A DNA stretch of 64,000 nucleotides, taken from assembly GCA_038087875.1 (NCBI GenBank), contig JAXLNO010005073.1, forward strand, positions 62,001 through 126,000, given 5' to 3'. Below the pieces are notes generated by a model. The model was given only the letters and a program-made list of their open reading frames with translations. It was not told the DNA's origin and did not search any database. The position numbers and the translations under genes are program-made. The stretch is from Malacoraja senta (taxonomy: Eukaryota). Below are positions 36,800-48,611 of the stretch, one piece after another (positions within the stretch are counted from its first letter, which is position 1; the number at the start of each line of letters is the position of its first letter).

Positions 36800-38660
36800 G
36801 GGGTCTGAGAGCACTTGGGGAGAAGTTGTTCTGACTTTCAGCTACGTGTCAGATTTAAGCCCGGTTATTGGATGAACCATGACATCCGCACTCTTCTGAA
36901 GTCCAGATTCCGGGCATTCAGGTCTGGAGATGCAGAGGTCTACAAGACGTTCAGATACGACCTTGGTAAGGCCATCAAAAGTCCAAAAGGGACTTTGCTC
37001 CAAGCTGGAGGATGAGACAGATGTACGGCAACTGTGGCAGGGCTTGAATGCAATCACCTCATACAAGGCAAAATCAGGAGGCAGCTCAAATGTCAGCGAA
37101 GCATCACTCCCTGACGAGCTCAATGCGTTCTATGCACGCTTTGATAGGGAGAACACCGATGTGCCTTCTCGAGACCCCATTCGCTGTGATAGTATTTCAG
37201 TCTCAGTCACAGAGGCCAACGTCAGGAAATCCTTCAGAGGGGTGAACCCTCGAAAAGCGCCTGGACCTGATGGTATACCTGGTCGTGTTCTAAAAACCTG
37301 TCTGGACCAACTGGCTGGAGTTTTTACGAACATTTTCAACCTCTCACTTCTGAGGTCTGAGGTTCCCACCAGCTTTAAAAGGGCATCAATTATACCAGTG
37401 CCCAAGAAGAGTAAGGTGACGTGCCTCAATGACTATCGACCTGTGGCACTAACACCTGTGGTGATGAAGTGCTTTGAGAGGTTGATCATGACGCAGATCA
37501 ACTCCTACCTCGACAAAAACCTGGACCCACTGCAGTTCGCTTACCGCCACAACAGATCAACGGTGGATGCGATCTCGCTGGCCCTCCACTCCGCTCTGGA
37601 CCACTTGGACAACAAAAACTCATATGTCAGGCTGTTATTCATCGATTACAGCTCAGCATTTAACACAATCATCCCCTCCAAGCTGGTTACCAAACTCGCA
37701 GAGCTGGGTCTCTGCGCATCCCTCTGCAATTGGATCCTCGACTTCCTCACTCTCAGACCACAGTCTGTTCGTGTTGGTGGAAATGTGTCAGCCTCAATAA
37801 CAATCAGCACGGGAGCACCTCAAGGCTGCGTGCTCAGTCCCCTGCTGCACTCACTCTATACTCATGACTGCGTAGCCGGTCACAGTGCGAACTCCATCAT
37901 CAAGTTCGCTGACGACACCGCTGTTGTGGGACGTATCACTGATGGGGATGAGTCAGAATATAGAAGAGAGATCGAGCAACTGACCAAATGGTTCCAGCAC
38001 AATAACCTGGCCCTCAACACCAGCAAAACCAAGGAATTGATTGTGGACTTCGGAAGGGGTAGGATATTTCTGAAGATCTCTCCTGGTCCCAGAACACTGA
38101 TGCAATTATAAAGTAAGCTCATCAGCGCCTCTACTTCCTGAGAAGATTACGGAGAGTCGGTTTGTCAAGGAGGACTCTCTCGAACTTCTACAGGTGCACA
38201 GTAGAGAGCATGCTGACCGGTTGCATCGTGGCTTGGTTCGGCAACTTGAGCGCACAGGAGCGGAAAAAGCTACAAAAGGTAGTAAACACTGCCCAGTCCA
38301 TCGTCGGCTCTGACCTCCCTACCATCGAGGGGATCTATCGCAGTCGCTGCCTCAAAAAGGCTGGCAGCATCATCAAGGACCCACATCATCCTGGCCACAC
38401 ACTTATCACTCCGCTGCCATCAGAGGATCCTGAAATCTGCAACATCCAGGTTCAGGAACAGCTGCTTCCCCACAGCCATCAGGCTATTAAACACAACTTC
38501 AAACAAACTGTGAACTACAACAGCCTATTGCACTTTATCTGTTTATTTATGTGTGTATATATATATTCTACGGTACATGGACACACTGATCTGTTCTGTA
38601 TTTATGCCTACAATATTATGTTGTGCTGCAGCAAGCAAGAATGTCCTTGTCCTATCTGGG
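36800..38660 (+). mobile_element. Rex1/Babar-type LINE with an internal deletion
   Basis: ORF 36930-38111 with [30 protein letters not shown] and KFADD; C-terminal ORF 38162; deletion near 38060 relative to the 48612 copy. Confidence 0.85.
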
Positions 38661-38716
38661 ACTTGACTTGTACAAACCACTACTCACTCTGAATCTCATT
38701 GATCTGTTTTTCACAG

Positions 38717-38986
38717 TTGAGGCAAGTCCACAGAGGCCTCTGCTGGGCAGTGACGTCACACTCAGCTGCACCATCTCCAGACTCTCAGATACAGTCAGTC
38801 TTCACTGGAGACCCATGGACTCATCCCAGCAGAACAGGAACAACACTGATCAGATCTGCCTGGATAACACGGTCTATCTGATGGTTCAACACGTTACAGT
38901 GGAGGATGGGAAGCTGTATGTGTGTGATGTGCAGGAAAACGGAAACATTGTTTACACAAGTAATGGAGATTTTACTGTATACAAGT
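38717..38986 (+). CDS. Ig domain 2 exon, C2-type
   Basis: Acceptor ttttcacAG, donor T|gtaagt, 270 nt phase 1-1; VTLSC...SLHW...LYVC. Confidence 0.9.
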
Positions 38987-40041
38987 GTAAGTGTAAACAC
39001 CTCCCATTGGATATCAAGTAGACACTTGTATCACGGTGCTTCTTGTAATATTATGTGTGCGCCCTGTGAAGAACTGTGGCAGTGACCAACTGCTCTCCAG
39101 TATAAAATGCTGCAATGATCAGGGAGAAGTTTACAGAAAGTCTCTCTCTCTGTGGAGCAGCTGCCTGCTTGTCTCTGTGTGACAGACACACAGCACAGGA
39201 GGGGGATGTCTTTCTGTAACCATTGTTCAGTAAAGTATTTTGTCAGTTTATCTTGCCATCAATGCTCCAGTATCTGAGACTGAGATACTGATACAGGACT
39301 CACGTCAAAGTGTCAGATAGAAAGTGTAGTCACCATGACAACCACCAGCACTTGCTGCTCACACTCACACTGGGGGTCCCGGCCCACACATCAGCACTGA
39401 ACAACAATCCATCCCCTCTCCCCTCACTGACCCTTCTCTCCAAGTCTGGTGTTGCTTGAAGTGATTCCAGCTGCTGCAGACTCGGGCTTCGGATCAGCAT
39501 TCAGCTGGGAGCAGGACCCGGTAACAGGGAAGGACAGGGAATCAATGGGTGTGAATGGGAGAGGGATGGTGGGAATAATGGGAATGAAGGGACGGGAAGA
39601 CCCGACCCACTTGAAGTGCCAACCTGTCCGGGTCAGTCCCCACGCAGGCATCCTCTGGGCTGCTTCTGTCCGCAGCCTGAACCTGCACCACCTCCTGCAG
39701 ACAGACTGACAGAGACATTCACCTCCCAGACCGCTCTCGGGAGTCTCCGGGAGGTTTCATTCCATCCCGGGAGATTCCCGGACAATCCGGGTGTGGGGGC
39801 GAACCTAATGTTGAAATGTAGAGTGGAATATCCAAACTTCACTGCAATTTACTGCCGTACAGGACATTGTATTTTATAAAGATCTGATGAGTTTAGTGCG
39901 GCATTCATGAAAGATGTTACATTTGAAACTTGATCAGCTGAACAAAACACCACGAATGTTTATAAGAATACGGTTGAGAATCTCTGTATGGCACGGTAAC
40001 TGTAATACTGAAAGGAGTTATCCTCTGTCTCTCTGATACAG

Positions 40042-40371
40042 ATTTACAGAGATACAGACTTTACCGCTCCAGCACAGATCACAGTGAACTTCACCTGGTT
40101 TGTTCTGTGAGTGGTAGCTATTCCCGTGCTCAGTGGACCTGGATATCTCATGACCTTCAACAACACAAAGAAGTAGCATCTGCACACCGGTCTCAGCCCA
40201 TCAATGTCAAAGGAACCGACTTCGGGAATCGACTGGTGACCTCAGGGAAACCCTTCGATGGCAAGGATTTCAGTGTGAGGATTGTCCCCGTTTTGTTTCA
40301 AGATGCCGGAGTTTACACATGTTATCTGGAATCATATCGATTTCCCACCATTGATCTAATCACAGTGAAAG
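40042..40371 (+). CDS. Ig domain 3 exon, V-type
   Basis: Acceptor ctctgatacAG, donor AAG|gtagga, 330 nt phase 1-1; LHLVC...QWTW...FSVRI...QDAGVYTC (canonical DxGxYxC). Confidence 0.9.
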
Positions 40372-40449
40372 GTAGGAGACAGAATGTTGCCACTGAGTTT
40401 ACTGATGAACTTATTGTTTAAAATGTAAACAACCTGCTTGTTTCCACAG

Positions 40450-40710
40450 TCACAGCTGAACCGTCTGATGCAGTGACTGAGGTAGACAACGTTACCCTGA
40501 CCTGCTCTGTGTCTCACGTCACTGGGTCAATGAGACTGGTTTGGATCAATGGCGATGGCAAAAGTGTTGGAGAAAAGACACTGACTGTGGAAGAGAAATC
40601 ACAGAGTCTGGTTATTCAGAAAGCTGAGAGAGGCAGAGGGAACTGGAGATGTGGTTTGTTTCATCAAGACCTGCCCCAGCTTGTTATCCCGTACTATCAG
40701 GAGCCCCGTG
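40450..40710 (+). CDS. Ig domain 4 exon, C2-type with WxC
   Basis: Acceptor tttccacAG after a 78-nt intron, donor G|gtaagt, 261 nt; VTLTC...LVW...NWRCGL. Confidence 0.9.
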
Positions 40711-41717
40711 GTAAGTGATAAGGGTTTGTTCTTCATACTTAGAGTCATGATTGAGTTTTGATGTCGCTTATTGATCCTGAAATTTGAGTGGAATATTTTC
40801 TTCCAGTTTGAGTGGTCTAACTGTTATGATCAATGAATTCTCAAATTTCAAATAACACTTCCCGAACCCCACTTCTCCCCCCCCTTCATTGTGCACGCAT
40901 TTATCCCACCACCCAGTTATCCTATACTCTTCCCTTCCTCTTTCAACTCATCTCCCACCCCTTCCAATTGCAGAGTTTTCCTTTTATGTTCTTGCTCCAC
41001 TTCCACCCATATCCCTCCCTCTGTTACTGATCTGACTGTAGATCAGTCAGTATTAGTTGACCTGATCTATGTCATGTTTTACTGCATGCCGCTGTGTACA
41101 CAAACAGTCATCATATTATCTGGTCTGTTAGTCCAGCCTCTAGTTAGATTCGTTGCTGAGCTTGAGCTTACAATACCTAAGTATTTGAGCTCTGTGTGTT
41201 TACTATAACAAACAACTTCTTCTTATGTATGGATCCTGTTATTACACATGTTTATACTGACAACCTTTTGTCTCCATTTCACCCCTCCATTTTGTCATTA
41301 CCTCAATCCATCTACTCATCACCATTCCCCACCTGTATCCACCTATCACTCACCATGCTTTGTCTCATGCCTACTTCCCTTCCCCAGTTGTCACTCTCCT
41401 ATTCCATCAGTCTGAGAATGCATCCTGACATGAAACGTCATCAATCCATTCCCTCCACAGATGCTGCCTGACCCATTGAGTTTCTCCAACACTTTGCGTT
41501 TGATCAACATTCCACAATCTGCAGTTTCTTGTGTCTCCATGGAGACCCACTGGTCAACGTGGACAGATTGCTGCAGAGGGCCTGTTTCCATGCTGTTCCA
41601 TGATGATGAATTATAACGTACAACTTAGTAAAGATTAATTCTCTGCAATATTGCTACTGACAAGGTCAGTGAAAAATTATTGTCCAACATTTACACATTT
41701 GTTCTCTTTTCCTACAG

Positions 41718-42062
41718 GAAGTGGACATTATATGTACTTTTTCCATCAGGAAGGCAACTTTGTATTGAAAGGACCAGACAGTCCTGGAAATGGCCCCATT
41801 GACTTGGAATGGAGGCCACACTCAGGGCAACAAACCACGAAGCGATTGGCCACTTTCCACAGAGAAGATCAGCAGTGGGACGTACAATGGAGTGATGAGT
41901 ACAATCAAATACCAGGCATTTCCCAGAGGATGCATGCGGACTGGGGTACCCTTAATCTGAGGATCAGGATGCCCACATTCAAACTTGCAGGACTGTTCAC
42001 CTGGACTCAAACAGAGCCCGCTGGGAAAATCCTGAGACAGTGGGAACTATTTGGGATCAAAG
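41718..42062 (+). CDS. Ig domain 5 exon, V-like without cysteines (paralog of domain 1)
   Basis: Acceptor ttttcctacAG, donor AAG|gtaata, 345 nt; FVLKG...LEWRPHSG...PTFKLAGLFTWTQTEP. Confidence 0.85.
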
Positions 42063-42673
42063 GTAATAGAGTCATAGTGTCACACAGCACTGAAACAGGC
42101 CCTTTGGCCCAATTCATCCATACTGACCAACTACCCATCTAAACATCCCATTTGCCCTCATTTGGCCCATATCCATTCAACCTTTTTTCCATCTACCTGT
42201 TTAAATGCCCTTTAAATGCTGTACCTGCATCAAACACTTCCTCTGCTCGATCTTTCCATAAAGTATGTTTAGGTACCACACTCTTTGTCAAAACTGCCCC
42301 TAATATTAAGGGGTATATCAAATCTGCCCCTCTCACCTTAAACATGTACTATCTAGTTGTTGATTCCCCAACCCTGGACAAAAGACCATGTGCGTTTACT
42401 ATAGATATGCCTCTCATGATTTTATTCACTCCCATATAATCTCTGTTAAAGACATCCAAGAAATATAATGTCTGAAGAAGGGCCTCAACCTGAAAAGTCA
42501 CCTATCTATGTTCTCTAGAGTTCAAAGGTCTTTTATTGTCACGTGTACCAATTAAGGGGCAGTGATATTCATATTACCAGACCTGCTGAATTACTCCTGC
42601 ACTTTATGTCCTTTTACATATTAACCAGCATCTGCAGTTCTGTGTTTCTACTATACTAAAAACATCCCTACCT

Positions 42674-43050
42674 GGAAGTGTTGATGTGGGAGACGAGGGG
42701 GCGAGGGGGACAGGTGGTCACTACCAGGAAGTGTTGATGTGGGAGACGAGGGGGCGAGGGGGACAGGTGGTCACTACCAGGAAGTGTTGATGGGGTAGAC
42801 GAGGGGGTGAGGGGGACAGGTGGTCACTACCAGGAAGTGTTGATGTGGGAGACGAGGGGGCGAGGGGGACAGGTGGTCACGACCAGGAAGTGTTGATGTG
42901 GGAGACGAGGGGGCGAGGGGGACAGGTGGTCACTACCTGGAAGTGTTGATGTGGGAGACGAGGGGGCGAGGGGGACAGATGGTCACTACCTGGAAGTGTT
43001 GATGTGGGAGACGAGGGGGCGAGGGGGACAGATGGTCACTACCAGGAAGT
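42674..43050. repeat. 53-bp G-rich minisatellite, 7 copies plus a partial unit
   Basis: GGAAGTG unit starts at 42674, 42727, 42780, 42833, 42886, 42939 and 42992. Confidence 0.95.
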
Positions 43051-43179
43051 TTTGAAGACATCACTGAGCACGGTAGCTCAACATTCAGCCGACTGTCAGT
43101 CTGCAGGAAAAAGACAATTCTGCCCACAGTAGTTCAGAAAGCTGTTGGTGAACTGAACCACATGTGTCTGTTTCCACAG

Positions 43180-43452
43180 TTGAGGCCGAGTCACCGAGGC
43201 CAGTGATAGGCAGTGACATCACCCTCAGCTGTACCATCTCCAGACTCTCAGATACCATCAGTCTTCACTGGAAACCAAGAGGCTCATCTCAGCAGAACAG
43301 GAGGAGCAACACTGATCAAACCCATCTGAATAACGCCGTCTATCTGATGATCCAACATGTTGGAGCAGGAAATCCCAATCTGTACACATGGGAAGTGCAG
43401 GAAAATACCTCCATTGTTCTCACTGGAGACACCAATGTCGAAGTGGATCAGG
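43180..43452 (+). CDS. Ig domain 6 exon, C2-type (paralog of domain 2; F-strand Cys replaced by Trp)
   Basis: Acceptor tttccacAG, donor CAGG|gtgagt, 273 nt; ITLSCTISRLSDTISLHW...LYTW. Confidence 0.88.
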
Positions 43453-43769
43453 GTGAGTCCAAAGCTGCCTTGCAGCAGGTATTAAATAGATCTTGATATC
43501 AAACTGTTCCACATGTTGTATAGTGAGCACTGACTCCACCCGTGGGCTTCCACACTGCAGGATGTGGACATTGCCTTTACCCTGGGACATGGTGTAAATA
43601 TAAAATGGTGGCACTAAGATTGATGGAGCCACACAGGAGAACCAAGAGATTCATTTCAGTTCACCTGCATGAATCAAAGAGAATAATATCCAGTGATGGA
43701 AATAACATCTAGTTTTCAGTGTATAACAGAACAGGAAAATATGAACTAATTCAAGTATAAATGCAGAGG

Positions 43770-44480
43770 AAATATCAGAATCAGAATCACATTTTATTGG
43801 CCACGTAATAATACACAGGGAATTTGACAGTGCTTTGCTCGCATAAGGTAAAAACACGATATACAACAGACAATTAAAAATAAAACATTATAATTTAAAC
43901 ATGTGAAAATAAAGTACCTGAGTAAAAAGAGGCTACCGACTTTTGGCTGTTGAGTAGAGCTACGGCTCGTGGGAAGAAGTTGTTTTTATGTCTGGCTGTG
44001 GCTGCTTTGACAATCAGGACTCACCTGCCAGAGGGAAGTGATTCAAAGAGTTTGTGGCCTGGGTGAGAGGGGTCAGAGATGATCTTACCCGCTCGCTTCC
44101 TGGTCCTTGCAGTGTACAGTTCATCAATGGAGGGAATGTTGCAGCCAATAACCTTCTCTGCTGATCGGACGATTCGCTGCAGCCTCCAGGTATCGTGCTT
44201 GGTGGCTGAGCCAAACCAGACCATGATGGAGAAGGTGAGGACAGACTCTATGATGGTAGTGTAAAACTGGACCATCATTGCCTGTGGCAGGTTGTGTTTC
44301 CTCAGCTGCCGCAGGAAGTACATCCTCTGTTGGGACTTTTTGACTGTGGAGTCGATGGTGGCCTCCCAATTAAGGTTGCTGGAGATGATGATTCCGAAGA
44401 AATTAAATGACTCCACAGTTGTGACTGTGGTGTTGTTGAAGATGAGTGGGGGAGGGGAGGGGGAGCTCTACAATCAGGAG
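43770..44480 (-). mobile_element. Rex1/Babar-type LINE 3' fragment, second subfamily
   Basis: ORF 44021-44416 (QQRMYFLRQLRK...LPSGR); (TCAGAA)n tail. Confidence 0.8.
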
Positions 44481-44589
44481 GGGAGGATTGAGTCTACAAT
44501 CAATTCCACTGTCTATAGAGCACTGAGCTTCAGGTTGTTACGATGTCAACAGGACACCAGCTTTATGATTAGGGTGACTTGGACATCTT

Positions 44590-44990
44590 GCTGAAGTAAG
44601 CATGCAGGTACAGCAGGCAATGGAGAAAGCAAATGGCATGTTGGCCTTCATAGCGAGATGATTTGAGTATAGGAGCTAAGAGATCCTACTGCAGTTGTAC
44701 GGGGCCCTGTTGAGACCACACCTGGAGTATTGTGTGCAGTTTTGGTCTCCTAGTTTGAGAAAGGACATTCTTGCTATCGAGGGAGTGCAGCATAGGTTCA
44801 CCAGGTTAATTCCTGGAATGGCGGACGGACATATGATGAAAGAATGGATCGACTGGGTATATATTCACTGAAATTTAGAAGGATGAGAAGGGATCTTATA
44901 GAAACGTATAAAATTATTAAGGGATTGGGCAGGCTAGATGCAGGAAAAATGTTCCCCATGTTGGGCGAGTCCAGAACCAGGGTTCCCAGC
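44590..44990 (+). mobile_element. CR1 RT C-terminal fragment
   Basis: gagaccacacctggagtattgtgtgcagttttggtctcc shared with the other CR1 copies. Confidence 0.85.
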
Positions 44991-45090
44991 TGACATCCCA
45001 GAGCCGGGGGTTTGTCCCTGCGGAAACTCACAACATTGTATCTCGGCGTGTGTGGAAACTAATTCTTTGTTCCCTGTCCCTCTCTTGCAG

Positions 45091-45429
45091 GTTTACATAA
45101 CAAGACGTACACAGTTTATCGCTCAGTCACAGATCACAGTCAACTCGACCTGATTTGTGAAGCTTCTCCTGAGCTCAGTGAAACCAAATGGACTTGGAGA
45201 TCACCACGTTTCCAGAATCAAGAGAAGGAAATAGTTTCTTCTCACAGGTCTGGGCCGATACATGTCAACAGGAGCTACTTTGGGAATCGACTGGAAACCA
45301 TAGAGGGAAATGTGAATGGCAAGAATTTCCATGTGAGGATTGTCCCCGTGCAGTTTGCAGATGCCGGAGTTTACACATGTTCCACGGGATCAAATATTTA
45401 TGTGACCATTGAACTAATCACAGTTACAG
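45091..45429 (+). CDS. Ig domain 7 exon, V-type (paralog of domain 3; absent from the ORF track)
   Basis: Acceptor ccctctcttgcAG, donor CAG|gtagga, 339 nt open; GLHNKTYTVYRSVTDHSQLDLICEASPELSETKWTW...FHVRIVPVQFADAGVYTC. Confidence 0.9.
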
Positions 45430-46235
45430 GTAGGAGACTGGATGTTACTACTTTCAAGAATTAAGTTACTGGTGTAGAGTTTCTAATCTGAGTGCAGACT
45501 GCAATGTCAGCAGAAATTCCCAAGTTTGAAGAATTATTTTACCTCCAGAGCTTCCTCTTCAACTTATTTGTATTTTGCTGAACCCCAAATCTGCTCTAAA
45601 CCAACATTATTGGGAAGCACATCAAATGTTATTTTCATTTATTTTGCTGAAAACACATTGTTTTATACATAAGAGAGGGAATATGATGAAATGTGATTCA
45701 CAAAGGTGCAAATGAGCTTCTATCGAAAATATTTAAAAATCATTCAACTTCTCTTAATACATTCCCCAAGTTTCTTTGACCCCAAACGACCCATCCTAAT
45801 TTTTGAAGGCTCACTGGACGCTTAAAACTGAGTGTATTTTGTGGAATTTATCGATTAATATTTACCTGGATGAGTGTTGTGGCCAAAACTGTGGCCAGAG
45901 ACAATGATGTGGGCATTGGTTGCTCTTTGTATAATTAGTTCAAACTGTTGTGAATGATTATGGAAAAGACACTTGGAGAGGTACATGGATGGGAAAGGTG
46001 CAGAGGGATATGGGCCCAATGTGGGAACATATTTTAGATGGAGCATCTTGGTCCGCATGGATGAGTTGGGCTGAATGGACCGAATTGTTTCATGCTGTGT
46101 GACTATGCCTCTAACTCTTGTTGTGTAATATAATTTTCCATACTTAGAACGCCAGATACTGGTGTCAAAGTACTGAGAAAAATACAACACAATCCAGACA
46201 AAATTCATTGTTTTACGATTTTCTTCTTTCCACAG

Positions 46236-46505
46236 TCACAACTGAACCATCTAGTGCAGTGACTGAGAGAAGAAACATTACCTTGACCTGCTCTGTGTCT
46301 CATGTCACTGAGTCAATAAGACTGGTTTGGATCAATGATGAAGGCAAAGTTGTAGAGCAGAAAAATCTCATTCAAACAAAGCAGGAGAACAATTCTTTGC
46401 AGCTGATTATTCCAATAGCTGATGGAGTAAGAAGGAAATGGACATGTGGTTTGTTTCATCAAAGAACAGCCAAGGTTGTCATTCCATATAATCTGCAGGT
46501 GAACA
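46236..46505 (+). CDS. Ig domain 8 exon, C2-type with WxC (paralog of domain 4)
   Basis: Acceptor ttctttccacAG, donor A|gtaagt, 270 nt; ITLTC...LVW...KWTCGL. Confidence 0.9.
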
Positions 46506-46649
46506 GTAAGTTTCTTAGCTTCTGCTCTTCGTTATCTCGACACAGAGTTCTTGTCACGTTGCTATTCTTTTTGGATAACTTTTAACATTCCATGTCTTAC
46601 TGCAAGTAGAGCATAATCATAGACATTTCCTTCAAACCTCTTGTCCATG

Positions 46650-47100
46650 CCTATAAGGTCACTTCTATTGTAAGTAGTCCAGGTCTCTGAAGCACATGTG
46701 AGCACATGGATCACTACTGCTGGCAGACCACTGACCAAGACCTGTGTTGGCCATCTCATTGAAGGTGATCGGGAATTTCATCATCAATGTCTGTCCTTGT
46801 TGATAAGTGTCTCCACAGGTATGAATACTGGTCCAGTAGTATGAACACCAGTGTGTCACTGTGAACCTTTTTGTCAGAGGTCAGTATAGTAAGGTGGGCA
46901 GCTTGGTGCAAGATCTTTGCCATAACACCCAAACTGTGCCACTTAAAGATCACAAACATAGTGAAAATCATCTTACAAATAGTTGTACAAGTTTCTTTCC
47001 CCTGTTCTGATGCTGCAAAACATTACAGCGGTTGAAGCATCCACAGTAACTTCACCAAAGGCTGCCATGTGAGAACAGAAGATGTGGGGGAGGGAATACT
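46650..47100 (-). mobile_element. Decayed RTE-clade LINE fragment
   Basis: DIDDEI and AVVI..L..ASETWT motifs on the minus strand. Confidence 0.55.
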
Positions 47101-47124
47101 GATGTCTTCACCTTGTCTGACCAT

Positions 47125-47426
47125 GGCGGCTCAGTGGTAGGGTTGCTGCCTTACAGCGCCAGGGACCCGGGTTCAATCCTGACTACAGGTGCTGTCTGTA
47201 TGGAGTTTGTACCTTCATCCCGTGCCCTGTGTGGGTTTTCTCCAGGATTTCCGGTTTTCTCCCAAATTCCAAAGATGTACAAGTCTGTAGGTTAATAGGC
47301 TTGGTTTAATTGTATGTTGTCCCTGGTGTGTGTAGGATAGTGCTAGTCTGTGGGAATCGCTGGTTGGTGTGGACTCGGCGAGCAGAAGGACCTGTTTCCG
47401 CTCTGTATCTCTAAACTAAACTAAAC
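47125..47426 (+). mobile_element. tRNA-derived HE1/V-SINE-like element (3' fragment also at 48195-48320, minus strand)
   Basis: A-box-like GGCTCAGTGG, B-box GGTTCAATCC, V-domain-like core, CR1-type 3' end and (CTAAA)n tail. Confidence 0.8.
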
Positions 47427-48611
47427 ACGCCCATTCCTCCCAATCCCACCCATCCGTTAATCCCTGCCCTTCATGTGGCCCCAAGCCTCGGTGAAAGACA
47501 TTTTGTACAATGCTGACATAAGGCAAAGCACTGATCCCTAACAGAGGAAGATCCTGTCAACACCCAGGCACAAAGAAACAATCTCCACCACACATAGATC
47601 AATGAAGAGTCAGTGAAGCACAAAGTGGAAAGTATCAATGTCCCAACAGGAACATTTCAATTCCTCACAGATAATCACATCATCCAATCATAGAATTGTG
47701 GAATGGTTGTAGCACAGAAGGTGGCCATTTGACCCATCATATCCATGCTAACTCTCATCCAGTGCAACTCGCTAATTCTACCCCCTCTCCTTTTGCCATT
47801 ACATTGCAGCTTTTTAATCACTTTATATTTGTCCAATTATCTCTGGAAAGCCACGATAGAACCCAGCTCCCCAACTGATGCAGATAGTACACTTCAGACT
47901 CCAACTACCTGCTGCCTAAAAAGATTGTCCTCAAGTCATTCTAGCATTTTTTCCCCTTTATTTTAAACCAATACCTTTTTGTGCTCAGCCTTTCCACTGA
48001 AGGGAGCATCCTTCCACAATCCATTCTGGTCAGACTGAATAAATGATGCATAAATGAACAATGATGCCATTGATGTGATGAAAGAGCATTATTGACTCTT
48101 GTCTTCAAACTCTCTCTTCAGTGTGCCATGGTAATAACTGGACAGAGAACAGCCATAAAAAGAATCTCAATTATACCAACCATGTTTACTGTTTAGTTTA
48201 GAGATACAGAGCGGAAACAGGCCCTTCGGCCCACCGGGACCACGCCAACCAGCGATCCCCGCATATTAACACTATCCTACACCCACTAGGGACAATTTAT
48301 ACATTTACCAAACCAATTAAAGGGACGGAGATATCAATCAGTGAGTGAATAGATTAGTTGGTGTGTGGAATTAATGCATGGATCAACCATCTCCAATTTT
48401 ACACTAACAACACAGGAAGATGTGTTCATTAGGATTGCAATAATAATGTGTTCAACCTCATTGACATCAGTAAGCAATGGTTACATGCACAGTACAGTTT
48501 TAGTACTTGAAGACCAAAATTAATTTTTGGAGTTGAAAATCGGAATGAAAAATCATAATAATAATCAGCAGGACAGATAGCAACTGTGAAAGAGGAACAA
48601 CTGTGAAAGAG

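Noticed and set aside
39090-39840. Intronic TATA-like TATAAAA and a GC-rich inverted repeat as an internal promoter or hAT-type MITE
   Set aside because: No downstream exon or start context; termini too degenerate and no TSD found.
42674-43050. CRISPR-like array (also considered for 52297-52680 and 34960-35317)
   Set aside because: Head-to-tail repeats with no unique spacers, no cas genes and a eukaryotic context.
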